Origin: Stellaceae bacterium
Lineage (GTDB): Bacteria; Pseudomonadota; Alphaproteobacteria; ATCC43930; CGMCC-115725
Length of the DNA stretch: 64,000 bases
Assembly (NCBI GenBank): GCA_035604335.1
Contig: DATNIT010000285.1
Span: 1 to 64,000 of the forward strand
Direction of reading: 5' to 3'
Part shown: positions 21,026 to 29,753 of the stretch, piece by piece
Position numbering within the stretch: position 1 is the stretch's first letter
Layout of the letters: every line of letters begins with the position of its first letter
Program-made: the position numbers and the translations under genes
The notes under the pieces: model-generated
The model's database searches: none
What the model was told of the DNA's origin: nothing
Seen by the model: the letters and a program-made list of their open reading frames with translations, nothing else

Positions 21026-22192
21026 TTACCAGCCGTTGACGCGGTGCCAGACGTCGATCACGGCATTCCCACCGTCGACCACATAATAGCGATCGTAGGC
21101 TGCGGCGGTCATGCAGACGTGGTTGGGCGCGACCCGAACCAGCGTGCCGACGTTTAGTCGATCGAAGGGCAGCGGCGTGGGCGCGGTAACGACCCCATGC
21201 TCCTGATTGGCGCGCTCGACGATGGCATCGCCGAAGCTCTGCCGCCCCTGTGCATCCAACACCAGGCCGAAGCCGTAGTCGCGGGGTGCCGAGGCCGTGC
21301 TGCGGTCTTTCGAGAGCGCCATGCCACCGGCGTCGATCACCACCCGGTTCTCCGCCGGGCGCCGGTGGATCACGCTCGCCAGGACCGTCACTGCCATGGC
21401 TTCCGGCGCGCCCGAGCCGATCTGCACCTGAAAGAGATCCTGGAACATATAGACGCCCGGCCGCGTCTCGGTGACGCCCGCCAGGCCCCGGGCGTGCAAC
21501 GCCGTGGGCGTCGAGCCCACCGAGATGATCGGCGTCGCGAGCCCTTCTCCGCGCAGCCGCTCCGCCGCCGTCACCGCGGCGCGGCGCTCGGCCTCGGCGA
21601 CTTCCTCGACCTCGGCGATGCTGCGACAGGCATAGGAATGCCCCGCATGGGTCATGACCCCCGCGCAGAGCGGCCCCAGCGCGCGGCCAACCGCGATCAG
21701 CGCGTCGCTGCCCGCCGCGACGCCGCCACGGTGCTCGCCGCAGTCGACCTCGACCAGGACGCGATGGCTGGCGCCGGTCGCGCGCGCGTGCGCCGAGATG
21801 GCCGCCGCCGTGTCGGGATCGTCCGTCACCACAGTGAGAACGACGCCGGTCCGGCGGAACGCCGCCGCTCGATCGAGTTTGGCGGGCACGATTCCGACGG
21901 CGTAGAGGATGTCGCGAAAACCTTCGCTGGCGAAGTACTCGGCCTCGGCGAGGGTCGAGACCGTGATGCCGCCCGCCTGCCCTGCGGTCGCGAGCCGCGC
22001 CACCGCCGCGCTCTTCGCGGTCTTCATGTGCGGCCGCAACGCCACGCCGTGGCGCCCCACCGCGCCGGCCATGATCTCCAGGTTCCGCTCGAGCTTCGCT
22101 CTGTCGAGGAGCAGGCACGGCGTCGCGAGATCGGCCAGGCGTTGCGGACGCGCGATCGTCTCGGAAGACGCGGTCACCGGGCGCTCGATCAC
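21026..22192 (-). CDS. D-threonine aldolase / D-serine-deaminase-like PLP enzyme (alanine-racemase N-terminal domain fold)
   Basis: 388 aa from GTG 22192 (VIERPV...). Motifs HMKTAK, VEVDCGEHRGG, C-terminal beta domain. GTGA overlap with the upstream ADH stop. Confidence 0.7.
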   Translation of the reverse strand: MIERPVTASSETIARPQRLADLATPCLLLDRAKLERNLEIMAGAVGRHGVALRPHMKTAKSAAVARLATAGQAGGITVSTLAEAEYFASEGFRDILYAVGIVPAKLDRAAAFRRTGVVLTVVTDDPDTAAAISAHARATGASHRVLVEVDCGEHRGGVAAGSDALIAVGRALGPLCAGVMTHAGHSYACRSIAEVEEVAEAERRAAVTAAERLRGEGLATPIISVGSTPTALHARGLAGVTETRPGVYMFQDLFQVQIGSGAPEAMAVTVLASVIHRRPAENRVVIDAGGMALSKDRSTASAPRDYGFGLVLDAQGRQSFGDAIVERANQEHGVVTAPTPLPFDRLNVGTLVRVAPNHVCMTAAAYDRYYVVDGGNAVIDVWHRVNGW

Positions 22193-23256
22193 ATCAGGAA
22201 CACGCCCTTGCCGGCGGTCTGGGCATCGAACAACCGATAAGCCTCCGCCGCCTGGGCGAGTTTCCAGCGATGGGTGAACAGGCGGTCGACGGCGATGCCG
22301 CGCTCCTCCACGAACCGCGCGCAATCGGCTTGGCCGGTGGTCGAGAATGTCCAGGAGCCGATGATGGTGAGCTGCTTGCGCAGCATGTCCGGACTCACGT
22401 CGAGCGTCACCGTATCGCCCTCGCCGACGAAGCAGACCGTGCCCCAGGTGCGGGTGCCGCGCACGGCCGCAAGCCGGCCCGCGGGCGCGCCGGAGGTATC
22501 GAGCGCGAGGTCGGTGCCGCGGCCGTGGGTCAGCTCCTTGATCGCCGCGACCACGTCGCCAGCGCGCGGGTCGAGCATCGCGTCCGCGCCAAATTCCTTG
22601 GCGCGGGCGAGCCGCTCCGGGCTCATGTCGACCGCGATCACGCGCGCGCCCATCGCCGCCGCCAGCTGCGTCGCGGAGAGTCCGACCGGGCCTTGCCCGA
22701 CCACTACCAGGGTATCGCGACCGGAGACATTCATACGCCGGAGCGCGCCGTAAGCCGTACCGGTGCCGCAGGAGATCGCGGCACCCGTCTCGAAGGAGAG
22801 CGCCTTCGGCAGCGGCACCAGCGTATAGGCGGGTACCTTCATATAGGGCGCATGGGCGCCGTGGCCGGTGACGCCGTAGACCACGATGCCGCCTGCGCAG
22901 AGCTGCGACCAGCCGACGCGGCAATGCTCGCAGACGCCGCAACCCTTGTAATGATGCACCATTACCCGGTCGCCGACGCGCGCGAGCGCCGGCTCGATGC
23001 CGGAACCGACCGCTGCCACCACGCCGCAGGGCTCGTGGCCCGCGATCACCGGTCCCTTGGCGGCGCCGAGGCCTAGCGCCTGAGAGCCGCCCTTGCTCGC
23101 CCGGTAGAACTTGAGGTCGCTGCCGCACATGCCGGAGGCCTTGATCTCCAGCACCACCTCGCCCGGTCCCGGCGTCGGGTCGGGAAACTCCATGAACTCG
23201 ACGCTGCGATCTCCCGCGAAGACGACGGCGCGCATGCCACGCTCCTCCCGCCTCAT
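22189..23256 (-). CDS. Zn-dependent alcohol dehydrogenase (threonine/sorbitol dehydrogenase family)
   Basis: GHEPCGVV, C-x2-C-x2-C-x7-C structural Zn site (CGVCEHCRVGWSQLC), GxGxxG. Confidence 0.85.
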   Translation of the reverse strand: MRREERGMRAVVFAGDRSVEFMEFPDPTPGPGEVVLEIKASGMCGSDLKFYRASKGGSQALGLGAAKGPVIAGHEPCGVVAAVGSGIEPALARVGDRVMVHHYKGCGVCEHCRVGWSQLCAGGIVVYGVTGHGAHAPYMKVPAYTLVPLPKALSFETGAAISCGTGTAYGALRRMNVSGRDTLVVVGQGPVGLSATQLAAAMGARVIAVDMSPERLARAKEFGADAMLDPRAGDVVAAIKELTHGRGTDLALDTSGAPAGRLAAVRGTRTWGTVCFVGEGDTVTLDVSPDMLRKQLTIIGSWTFSTTGQADCARFVEERGIAVDRLFTHRWKLAQAAEAYRLFDAQTAGKGVFLM

Positions 23257-23318
23257 TTGAGTCTTGAAAGCAAGTCTGGCACGGTTTGGCGCGACTTCAA
23301 ATCCCGCGAGCAGCCGGT

Positions 23319-24494
23319 CCCATGCGCATCACCGCTATCCACGACATCGTGGTTCCCATCGCGTCCTCGATCCGGAACGCCTACATCGACTTCAGCGCGA
23401 TGACCGCCAGCGTGGTCGCGGTGATGACCGACGTCGTGCGCGACGGCCGGCCGGTGGTCGGGTTCGGCTTCAACTCGAACGGCCGCTACGCACCGCAGGG
23501 GCTGCTGCGCGAGCGCTTCCTGCCGCGGCTGCTGGCGGCGAAGCCCGAGGAAATCCAGGACGGCGCCGGCTTGATCGACCCCGCGAAGGCCTGGGCCCAG
23601 ATAATGCGCAACGAGAAGCCGGGCGGACACGGCGAGCGCTCGGTCGCGGTCGGCGTCCTCGACATGGCGCTCTGGGACGCGGTCGCCAAGGCCGAGGGCT
23701 TGCCGCTCTGGCGCCTGCTCGCGGACCGCTACAACGGCGGCCGCGCGGACGAGACCGCCTGGGTCTATGCGGCCGGCGGTTACTACTACCCCGGCAAGGA
23801 CGTGACGCAGCTCCAGGAGGAGATGCGGGGCTATCTCGATCTCGGCTACAGCACGGTGAAGATGAAAGTCGGCGGCGCCGATCTCGCGACGGACCTTCGC
23901 CGCATCGAGGCCGTGCTGGCGGTGGTGGGCAGCGGCGATCGCCTCTGTGTCGACGTGAACGGCCGCTTCGACCTCGACAGCGCGCTGGCGTTCGGCGACG
24001 CGATCTCGCCTCTGGGGCTGCGCTGGTACGAGGAGCCGGTCGATCCCCTCGACTATCTCCTGCACGCCGCGCTCGCGACGCGCTACGCGGGCCCGATCGC
24101 GACCGGCGAGAACTTGTTCTCGCTGCAGGACGCGCGCAATCTCATCCGGCATGGCGGGCTCCGGCCCGACCGCGATGTCCTGCAATTCGACCCCGCGCTC
24201 TCCTATGGGCTCGTCGAGTATCTGCGCATTCTGGACATGCTGCGCGCCCATGGCTGGTCGCCTCGTCGCTGCGTGCCCCATGGCGGTCACCAGTTCGCGC
24301 TCAACATCGCCGTGGGCCTCGGGCTCGGCGGCAACGAGTCCTACCCGCAGGTCTTCCAACCCTTCGGCGGCTTCGCCGACGATTGCCCGGTGGCGGAAAG
24401 CCGCGTCCGCCTGCCCGATCGTCCCGGCATCGGCTTCGAGGCGAAGAACAACCTCTACGCCGTCATGAAACCGCTGCTCGAGCGCGCCGGCTGA
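23319..24494 (+). CDS. Enolase-superfamily enzyme (mandelate racemase/muconate lactonizing family; D-tartrate-dehydratase-like)
   Basis: MRITAIHDIVVPIASSIRNAYIDFSAMTAS... KVGGADLATDLRRI..VDVNGRF..EEP. Confidence 0.75.
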   Translation, partial: PMRITAIHDIVVPIASSIRNAYIDFSAMTASVVAVMTDVVRDGRPVVGFGFNSNGRYAPQGLLRERFLPRLLAAKPEEIQDGAGLIDPAKAWAQIMRNEKPGGHGERSVAVGVLDMALWDAVAKAEGLPLWRLLADRYNGGRADETAWVYAAGGYYYPGKDVTQLQEEMRGYLDLGYSTVKMKVGGADLATDLRRIEAVLAVVGSGDRLCVDVNGRFDLDSALAFGDAISPLGLRWYEEPVDPLDYLLHAALATRYAGPIATGENLFSLQDARNLIRHGGLRPDRDVLQFDPALSYGLVEYLRILDMLRAHGWSPRRCVPHGGHQFALNIAVGLGLGGNESYPQVFQPFGGFADDCPVAESRVRLPDRPGIGFEAKNNLYAVMKPLLERAG

Positions 24495-24556
24495 CCCCGA
24501 GCGCCGATCCGTGCGATCATCGGCGATCGCGTGCTGAATCCGATGGGAGGACAATC

Positions 24557-25492
24557 ATGTGGCAGCCTGCCGAGAGCTATCCCGATCCCGCGGTAGAGAT
24601 CCTCGACCCGAGCTTTGCGAAATACCGCGTGGTCCTGGCCGCGGTCGAGCGGCTCTATACAGGCTGCCGCTGGGCGGAAGGCCCGGTGTGGTTCGGCGAC
24701 GGGCGCTACGTACTCTGGAGCGACATCCCGAACAACCGGATCCTGAAGTGGGAGGAGGAGACCGGCGCGGTCAGCGTGTTCCGCAAGGCCTCCAACAACG
24801 CCAACGGCAATACGCGCGACCGCCAGGGCCGCCTCGTCTCCTGCGAGCACGATGCCCGCCGGGTGACGCGCACCGAGCACGACGGCGGCATCACCGTGCT
24901 GATGGACCGCCACGACGGAAAGCCGCTCAACTCGCCGAACGACGTCGTGGTGAAGTCCGACGACTCCATCTGGTTCACCGATCCGCCCTTCGGCATCCTC
25001 GGCAACTACGAGGGCCACACGGCGCCAATCGAACTACCGACCAACGTCTATCGGATCGACGGCCGGACCGGGAAAGCGACGGTGGTCGCCGGCGAGATCA
25101 ATCGGCCCAACGGCCTCTGCTTCTCGCCCGACGAGAAGCGCATGTATATCGTCGAATCCGGCCCGCCCCGGAAGATCTTCGCCTTCGACGTCGTGGCGGA
25201 CGGCACCCGGCTCGCCAACCAGAAGCTCCATATCGATCCCGGCCCCGACGGCACGCCCGACGGCTTCCGATGCGACGTCGACGGCAACCTCTGGGCCGGC
25301 TGGGGCATGACGCCCGAGCTCAACGGCGTGCGCGTCTTCTCGCCGGCGGGCGCGCCCCTCGGCCATATCCGGCTGCCGGAGCGGGCTGCGAACCTTTGCT
25401 TCGGCGGCCTCAAGCGCAACCGCCTGTTCATGGCGGGGAGCCAGAGCCTGTACGCACTCTACGTGAACACGCAGGGCGCCAAAGGCGGGTAA
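24557..25492 (+). CDS. SMP-30/gluconolactonase/LRE-like lactonase
   Basis: RBS GGGAGG; EGPVW..LWSDIPNNRIL..NSPNDVVV..NGLCFSPDEK..PDGFRCDVDGNLW propeller motifs. Confidence 0.85.
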   Translation: MWQPAESYPDPAVEILDPSFAKYRVVLAAVERLYTGCRWAEGPVWFGDGRYVLWSDIPNNRILKWEEETGAVSVFRKASNNANGNTRDRQGRLVSCEHDARRVTRTEHDGGITVLMDRHDGKPLNSPNDVVVKSDDSIWFTDPPFGILGNYEGHTAPIELPTNVYRIDGRTGKATVVAGEINRPNGLCFSPDEKRMYIVESGPPRKIFAFDVVADGTRLANQKLHIDPGPDGTPDGFRCDVDGNLWAGWGMTPELNGVRVFSPAGAPLGHIRLPERAANLCFGGLKRNRLFMAGSQSLYALYVNTQGAKGG

Positions 25493-25603
25493 GAAGCCGT
25501 AGCCCGAAAGGGTCAAATTGAGTTCGTTTCGCAGAATTTAGATTTCCGCGCCGCCCACCACGTCCCGCCTCGCTTTACGGTCCACCCAAGCAACTGTCTA
25601 CCG

Positions 25604-25650
25604 CATTTTGCGTGCATCGTCAAGCACTTTGGACCATCATCGCAAAACGC
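25604..25650. terminator. Imperfect inverted repeat GCATTTTGCG-N27-CGCAAAACGC in the convergent intergenic region; candidate bidirectional terminator
   Basis: Read directly; lies between two convergent stops. Confidence 0.25.
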
Positions 25651-25667
25651 ATCGGGTACTCGGGCGC

Positions 25668-26627
25668 TCACGGCTGCTGCTGAGCCCGCTGACGCAGCCG
25701 GTCCAGCAACGGGTGAGCGCTGGGGATTTGCGCCGACCCGGAGCTGCTGGTCCCGAGGTCGGAGTCGTAGCGCAGCTCCGTGACGCCCGACGATTTTCGC
25801 GTCAACACGACATTCGCGGCCGTGCCCTTGAGATAGTGATCGAGAAATGCCTGCGCGTAAGCGACGATCCCCGCATGCGCGGCGCTTGGAACATCCGCCC
25901 AGGCAATATGTCCCGCGCCCTCGAACTCGACGAAGTATTTGGGCGCGGGCGACTGGTCGTAGCCGCCGCCGGGCTTGCGCACGCTGGGCGTGATCCCGAG
26001 GTCGCGCGTGCCGCCCTGGTACATCACGGGCGCGGCCAAGCCGCTGAGCGTCTTCTTGGCGAGGAAAGGCTGATCGTAGGGCGAGAGCGCCAACACCGCT
26101 TTGATGCCGTCGAGCCGCCACGACGGCCAGGCGCCGGCGAGGCCGAGCACCGTGTAGCCGCCCAAGGAGTGGCCGGCGAGGCCGAGGCGATCCCAATCTC
26201 CACGGGCGCTCCAGCGCTCGTCGGCCTTGAGCGCCGTCAGCAAGCGGCGGATATCGTCGGCTCGGTCTCGAAAGACGCCATCGCTCCAGGCATCCGCCCG
26301 GGTGAAGGGAGCCTCCGACTTGTCGCGCCACGTGGCACTGCCGCCGTCGCAGGTGGCGTCTCGATGATTGGGCGCGAACACGAGATATCCCGCCTTCGCC
26401 AGTGCCTCCATCAAAAAGCGCGACTGCGTGGCGCAGCCGTGGAAGCCATGGGAGAAAATGATCACCGGCGCTTTGCCCGCACCCGGCGGCGGCACCCACG
26501 CCGCGACGCGCAATCCTGCGATCGAAAGAGTCTCCTCGGCCGCCGCCGGGCCCGCCAAGCTTATCGTTAACAAGATGAGCGCGGCGCAAAGGATCGCCGA
26601 AACGCGATCGCCGAGAAAACCCGCCAT
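25668..26627 (-). CDS. Secreted alpha/beta hydrolase (dienelactone-hydrolase / PAF-acetylhydrolase-like)
   Basis: Signal peptide MAGFLGDRVSAILCAALILLTISLAGPAAA; nucleophile elbow GHSLGG; C-terminal His motif. Confidence 0.7.
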   Translation of the reverse strand: MAGFLGDRVSAILCAALILLTISLAGPAAAEETLSIAGLRVAAWVPPPGAGKAPVIIFSHGFHGCATQSRFLMEALAKAGYLVFAPNHRDATCDGGSATWRDKSEAPFTRADAWSDGVFRDRADDIRRLLTALKADERWSARGDWDRLGLAGHSLGGYTVLGLAGAWPSWRLDGIKAVLALSPYDQPFLAKKTLSGLAAPVMYQGGTRDLGITPSVRKPGGGYDQSPAPKYFVEFEGAGHIAWADVPSAAHAGIVAYAQAFLDHYLKGTAANVVLTRKSSGVTELRYDSDLGTSSSGSAQIPSAHPLLDRLRQRAQQQP

Positions 26628-26700
26628 GCTTCCGCTCCGATATTGCCCGTGCATGAGCATTATAAGCGGGGCGCGCGCACCTCCCCTGGCCGGACCGTCG

Positions 26701-27468
26701 CTAGCGAACCCCCTTGGCCTGCAGCGCCGCGACATAGCCGCGGTTCCAGGTCGGCGTGATCAAGACCTCGTTGATGCAGACGTGCTTCGGGAGCGAGGCG
26801 ATGTAGCGGATGAGGTCGCCGCAGTCCTCGGGCTGCACCATGCGGGCGCGATCGTCGGCGCTCACGGGCACCGGCCGCTTGTCCAGGATCGGCGTCGCGA
26901 CCTCGCCGGGGCAGACCACGCAGGAGCGGATGCCGTTGATGCATTCCTCCATGTTGATGCTGTGACTCATGGCGACGACGCCGTGCTTCGCCGCGGTATA
27001 GCCCGGCCCGCTCAGCGGGCTCACGAAGCGGCCGGCCATGGACGCCGTATGGATGAGAATCCCGTCCTTCTGCGCGCGCATCAGCGGCAGCGCCGCGGCG
27101 ACGCAGTAGAAGGCGCTGGAGAGATTGCCGTGGATCAGCTCGTCGATCGACGACGGCTTCAACTCCCGCCAGGTGCGCTCGAGGACATTGAGGCCGGCGT
27201 TGTTGACGAGGATGTCGAGGCGACCGAATTTTTCCTTGATGAAGCCCGCGATCGTCTCGACGGCGCTCGCGCTCATAAGATCGCCCGGCCGCGCGTGCGC
27301 GGTGCCGCCAGCTTTCTTGATCTGCGCCGCGACGGTTTCCAGCGGCTCGCGGCGACGGCCCGTCAGCACGACGACGGCACCGTCCGCCGCCAACGCGGCG
27401 GCGGCGGCGGCTCCGATGCCGCTGCCGGCACCCGTCACCCACGCGATCTTTCCCTTGAGCGATGGCAT
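26701..27468 (-). CDS. Short-chain dehydrogenase/reductase (SDR)
   Basis: TGAGSGIG Rossmann motif, NNAG, YxxxK. ATG 27468 with AGGGAGAA RBS. Confidence 0.85.
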   Translation of the reverse strand: MPSLKGKIAWVTGAGSGIGAAAAAALAADGAVVVLTGRRREPLETVAAQIKKAGGTAHARPGDLMSASAVETIAGFIKEKFGRLDILVNNAGLNVLERTWRELKPSSIDELIHGNLSSAFYCVAAALPLMRAQKDGILIHTASMAGRFVSPLSGPGYTAAKHGVVAMSHSINMEECINGIRSCVVCPGEVATPILDKRPVPVSADDRARMVQPEDCGDLIRYIASLPKHVCINEVLITPTWNRGYVAALQAKGVR

Positions 27469-27523
27469 CTGGTTCTCCCTGTAAATCACCGATCAGCGCG
27501 AGGAGCGGCCGCTCCCGGCGGCC

Positions 27524-29530
27524 TCAGGCTCCCGGCCCGTTGCCGCGCGGCGCCGCCTTGGGCGCCACCTCCTTCAGCTTGTCGAGGACGTCCGGCATCA
27601 TGCGGCCGAACATGGAGCTCAGCATCGCCGTCGGAATAAGGCCGCCGCTGTTCTCCTGCCCTTGCGCGCCCGACATCAGGAACTGCGGCACGATCGGCTG
27701 ATTGATCTTGGTGAGCGCGTCGGCGAAGCGGGCGAAGTTCTGCTCCGCCAGGCGATACTCCGGCCCGCCGTAGGCGTCGACGGAGAGCTTGGTCGATTGC
27801 GCGTTGGCGGTGCCGATCGCAAGCACGCGGTCGGCCTCGCCTTGGCCCTCGAGGCGCGATTTCTCGCCGACCGCTGCGGCCGTCACCTTCACGGTCTCGG
27901 CGTCCTTCTGCGCGCGCGCCAACGCGGCCGAGCCCTCGTTCTCCTGCACCTTGACCTGGATCAGCGACTGCGTGAGCGCGGCCTGTGCCGCCGCCGTCGC
28001 CTTCGCCTCGTTGAGGGTACGCTCCTGCACCGCGGCCTTCTCCTGCTCCTGGTAGGTCGTCACCTGCTCGCGCGCGACCTGGCGCGAGCGCAGCTGGATC
28101 AGGATGTTCTCGATGGTGGTATCGCCCGCCGGCGCGCGCGGCGTGCCGATCAAGACCTCTTGGAGCTCGAGCGAATAGGCCGCGAATTTGTCCTTCATCT
28201 GGTTCGCGGACTCTTCTTGGATCGCCGCGCGGTTTTGCAGCAGCTCGATCAGCGTCATCTTCTGGCCGATGTTCTTGAAATAGGCGCTCACCATCGGGTC
28301 GAGCGTCTGCTCGACCAGCTTCTTCACGTCGCCGAAGCGCTGGATGATCATCGGCGCCTTCTTGTAGTCGATGTGCATGACCACCGAGAGCGGCAGCGTC
28401 GGCTCGAAGGCGTCCTTCGTGATGAGCGAGATCTCCGACAGGTTCTCGTCGAGCTTCATCGCGCCGACCTCGCCGCGCACCCATTTCAGGATGAAGTTCA
28501 CGGTCGGAATGACCTCGACCTTGCCGGCATAGGTGTTGAAGGCGTACTTGCCGGGCAAGAGCGGATCCTGCCAGACGCCGCGGCTGCCGTTCACCACTAG
28601 CTCGCCATGCCGATACTGCTCGCCGGAGACATCGGCCGTCTTGGGGCCGGTGTAGAAGATCACCACGCCGACGTTGCCGACGGGGATCACGGTCTTCGGC
28701 ACCTCCTCGACGGTCGAGAACAGCCGATTGATGTACCAGGTACCCTCGACCACGACTTGCAGCTGCCGGCCGCGGAAACCGCCAGCCTTCAGGAATTTCT
28801 CCGGCTCCTGGAAATTGTTGTGAAAGGTCTCGGCGACTTTGTGATCGGTGCCGACCTCCGGCGCGATGATCTCGCCGGACGGCAGCGACGGCCCGTCATG
28901 GACGGTGACGATGCCGACCACGTCGTGCTCGGCGGCGATCACGACCGGCGCGAAGCCCTCGCGATCGGCGATGGTCTGCCGCATGGCATCGAGAATCCCG
29001 CGCTCTTGCTGGCTGAGCGCGTGGCCGTAGACGCGGTCATCGGTGATGATCGCGAATTGCGTGGTGTTGATGGCGTAGGTGCCCTCGCGCAGGATCTTGC
29101 GCTGCGGGCCCTTCTGGCCGCCGCTGGTCAGGAACTTCCGGGCATCCTGGAAGTCCGACTTCTCGTCGGTGTCGTTGGAGGCGAGCACCTGGGACGGCGC
29201 CAGCGGCGCCCCGTCGCGCGCGAACACGTAGGCGATCTTGCCCTGCCCGACCGTCACGAGATCGGATTTGTGAATCCGGTACATGAACGGCAAGAACACA
29301 TGGATGCCGCCGCGCAGGATCTCCGGCCGAAACCCGGCCTCGTTATGGAGCGCGATGAAGCCCGATTTGATCGAGCCTTTCGCCGCCCACATCTTCTCGA
29401 CGACGCCGACCTGGTTGTTCGGGATGTAGCGGAAGATGTTGGCGGCGCGCAGGAAGATCAGCACCGCCGCGACGATGATGGCCCATATGCCAACCTCTAC
29501 CCAGAAGCTGGGCAGCATCAGACTGTTCAT
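27524..29530 (-). CDS. Flotillin-like SPFH (band-7) domain membrane protein with long A/Q/E-rich coiled-coil C-terminus
   Basis: 668 aa; N-terminal TM helix, SPFH-like core, C-terminal repeats AAAQAALTQSL...EGSAALARAQKDAE typical of YqiK/flotillin family. Confidence 0.7.
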   Translation of the reverse strand: MNSLMLPSFWVEVGIWAIIVAAVLIFLRAANIFRYIPNNQVGVVEKMWAAKGSIKSGFIALHNEAGFRPEILRGGIHVFLPFMYRIHKSDLVTVGQGKIAYVFARDGAPLAPSQVLASNDTDEKSDFQDARKFLTSGGQKGPQRKILREGTYAINTTQFAIITDDRVYGHALSQQERGILDAMRQTIADREGFAPVVIAAEHDVVGIVTVHDGPSLPSGEIIAPEVGTDHKVAETFHNNFQEPEKFLKAGGFRGRQLQVVVEGTWYINRLFSTVEEVPKTVIPVGNVGVVIFYTGPKTADVSGEQYRHGELVVNGSRGVWQDPLLPGKYAFNTYAGKVEVIPTVNFILKWVRGEVGAMKLDENLSEISLITKDAFEPTLPLSVVMHIDYKKAPMIIQRFGDVKKLVEQTLDPMVSAYFKNIGQKMTLIELLQNRAAIQEESANQMKDKFAAYSLELQEVLIGTPRAPAGDTTIENILIQLRSRQVAREQVTTYQEQEKAAVQERTLNEAKATAAAQAALTQSLIQVKVQENEGSAALARAQKDAETVKVTAAAVGEKSRLEGQGEADRVLAIGTANAQSTKLSVDAYGGPEYRLAEQNFARFADALTKINQPIVPQFLMSGAQGQENSGGLIPTAMLSSMFGRMMPDVLDKLKEVAPKAAPRGNGPGA

Positions 29531-29753
29531 CGGATCCCCCTAAGCACCGCGGAACCGCCACGCAAGCGCCCGACCACAGCTGCCCGGGATGATAGAGCGG
29601 TTCGCCACCAGACGCCATCGACAAGGGCTCGCGGCCGCGCGCATCCGCTCGGGAAACGCCACGGCAGCGCGAGGTTGCTCGCGTGGAGACGACATGGCAC
29701 AAACGATGTCCTATCCCGCCCGCCGATCATAGCGCCGCCTTGCGAGGAAAGCC

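Noticed and set aside
25668-26735. Upstream start (26735) of the alpha/beta hydrolase ORF giving a 355-aa protein
   Set aside because: It would overlap the SDR gene by 35 nt and precede the obvious signal peptide; the internal ATG 26627 yields a clean Sec leader.
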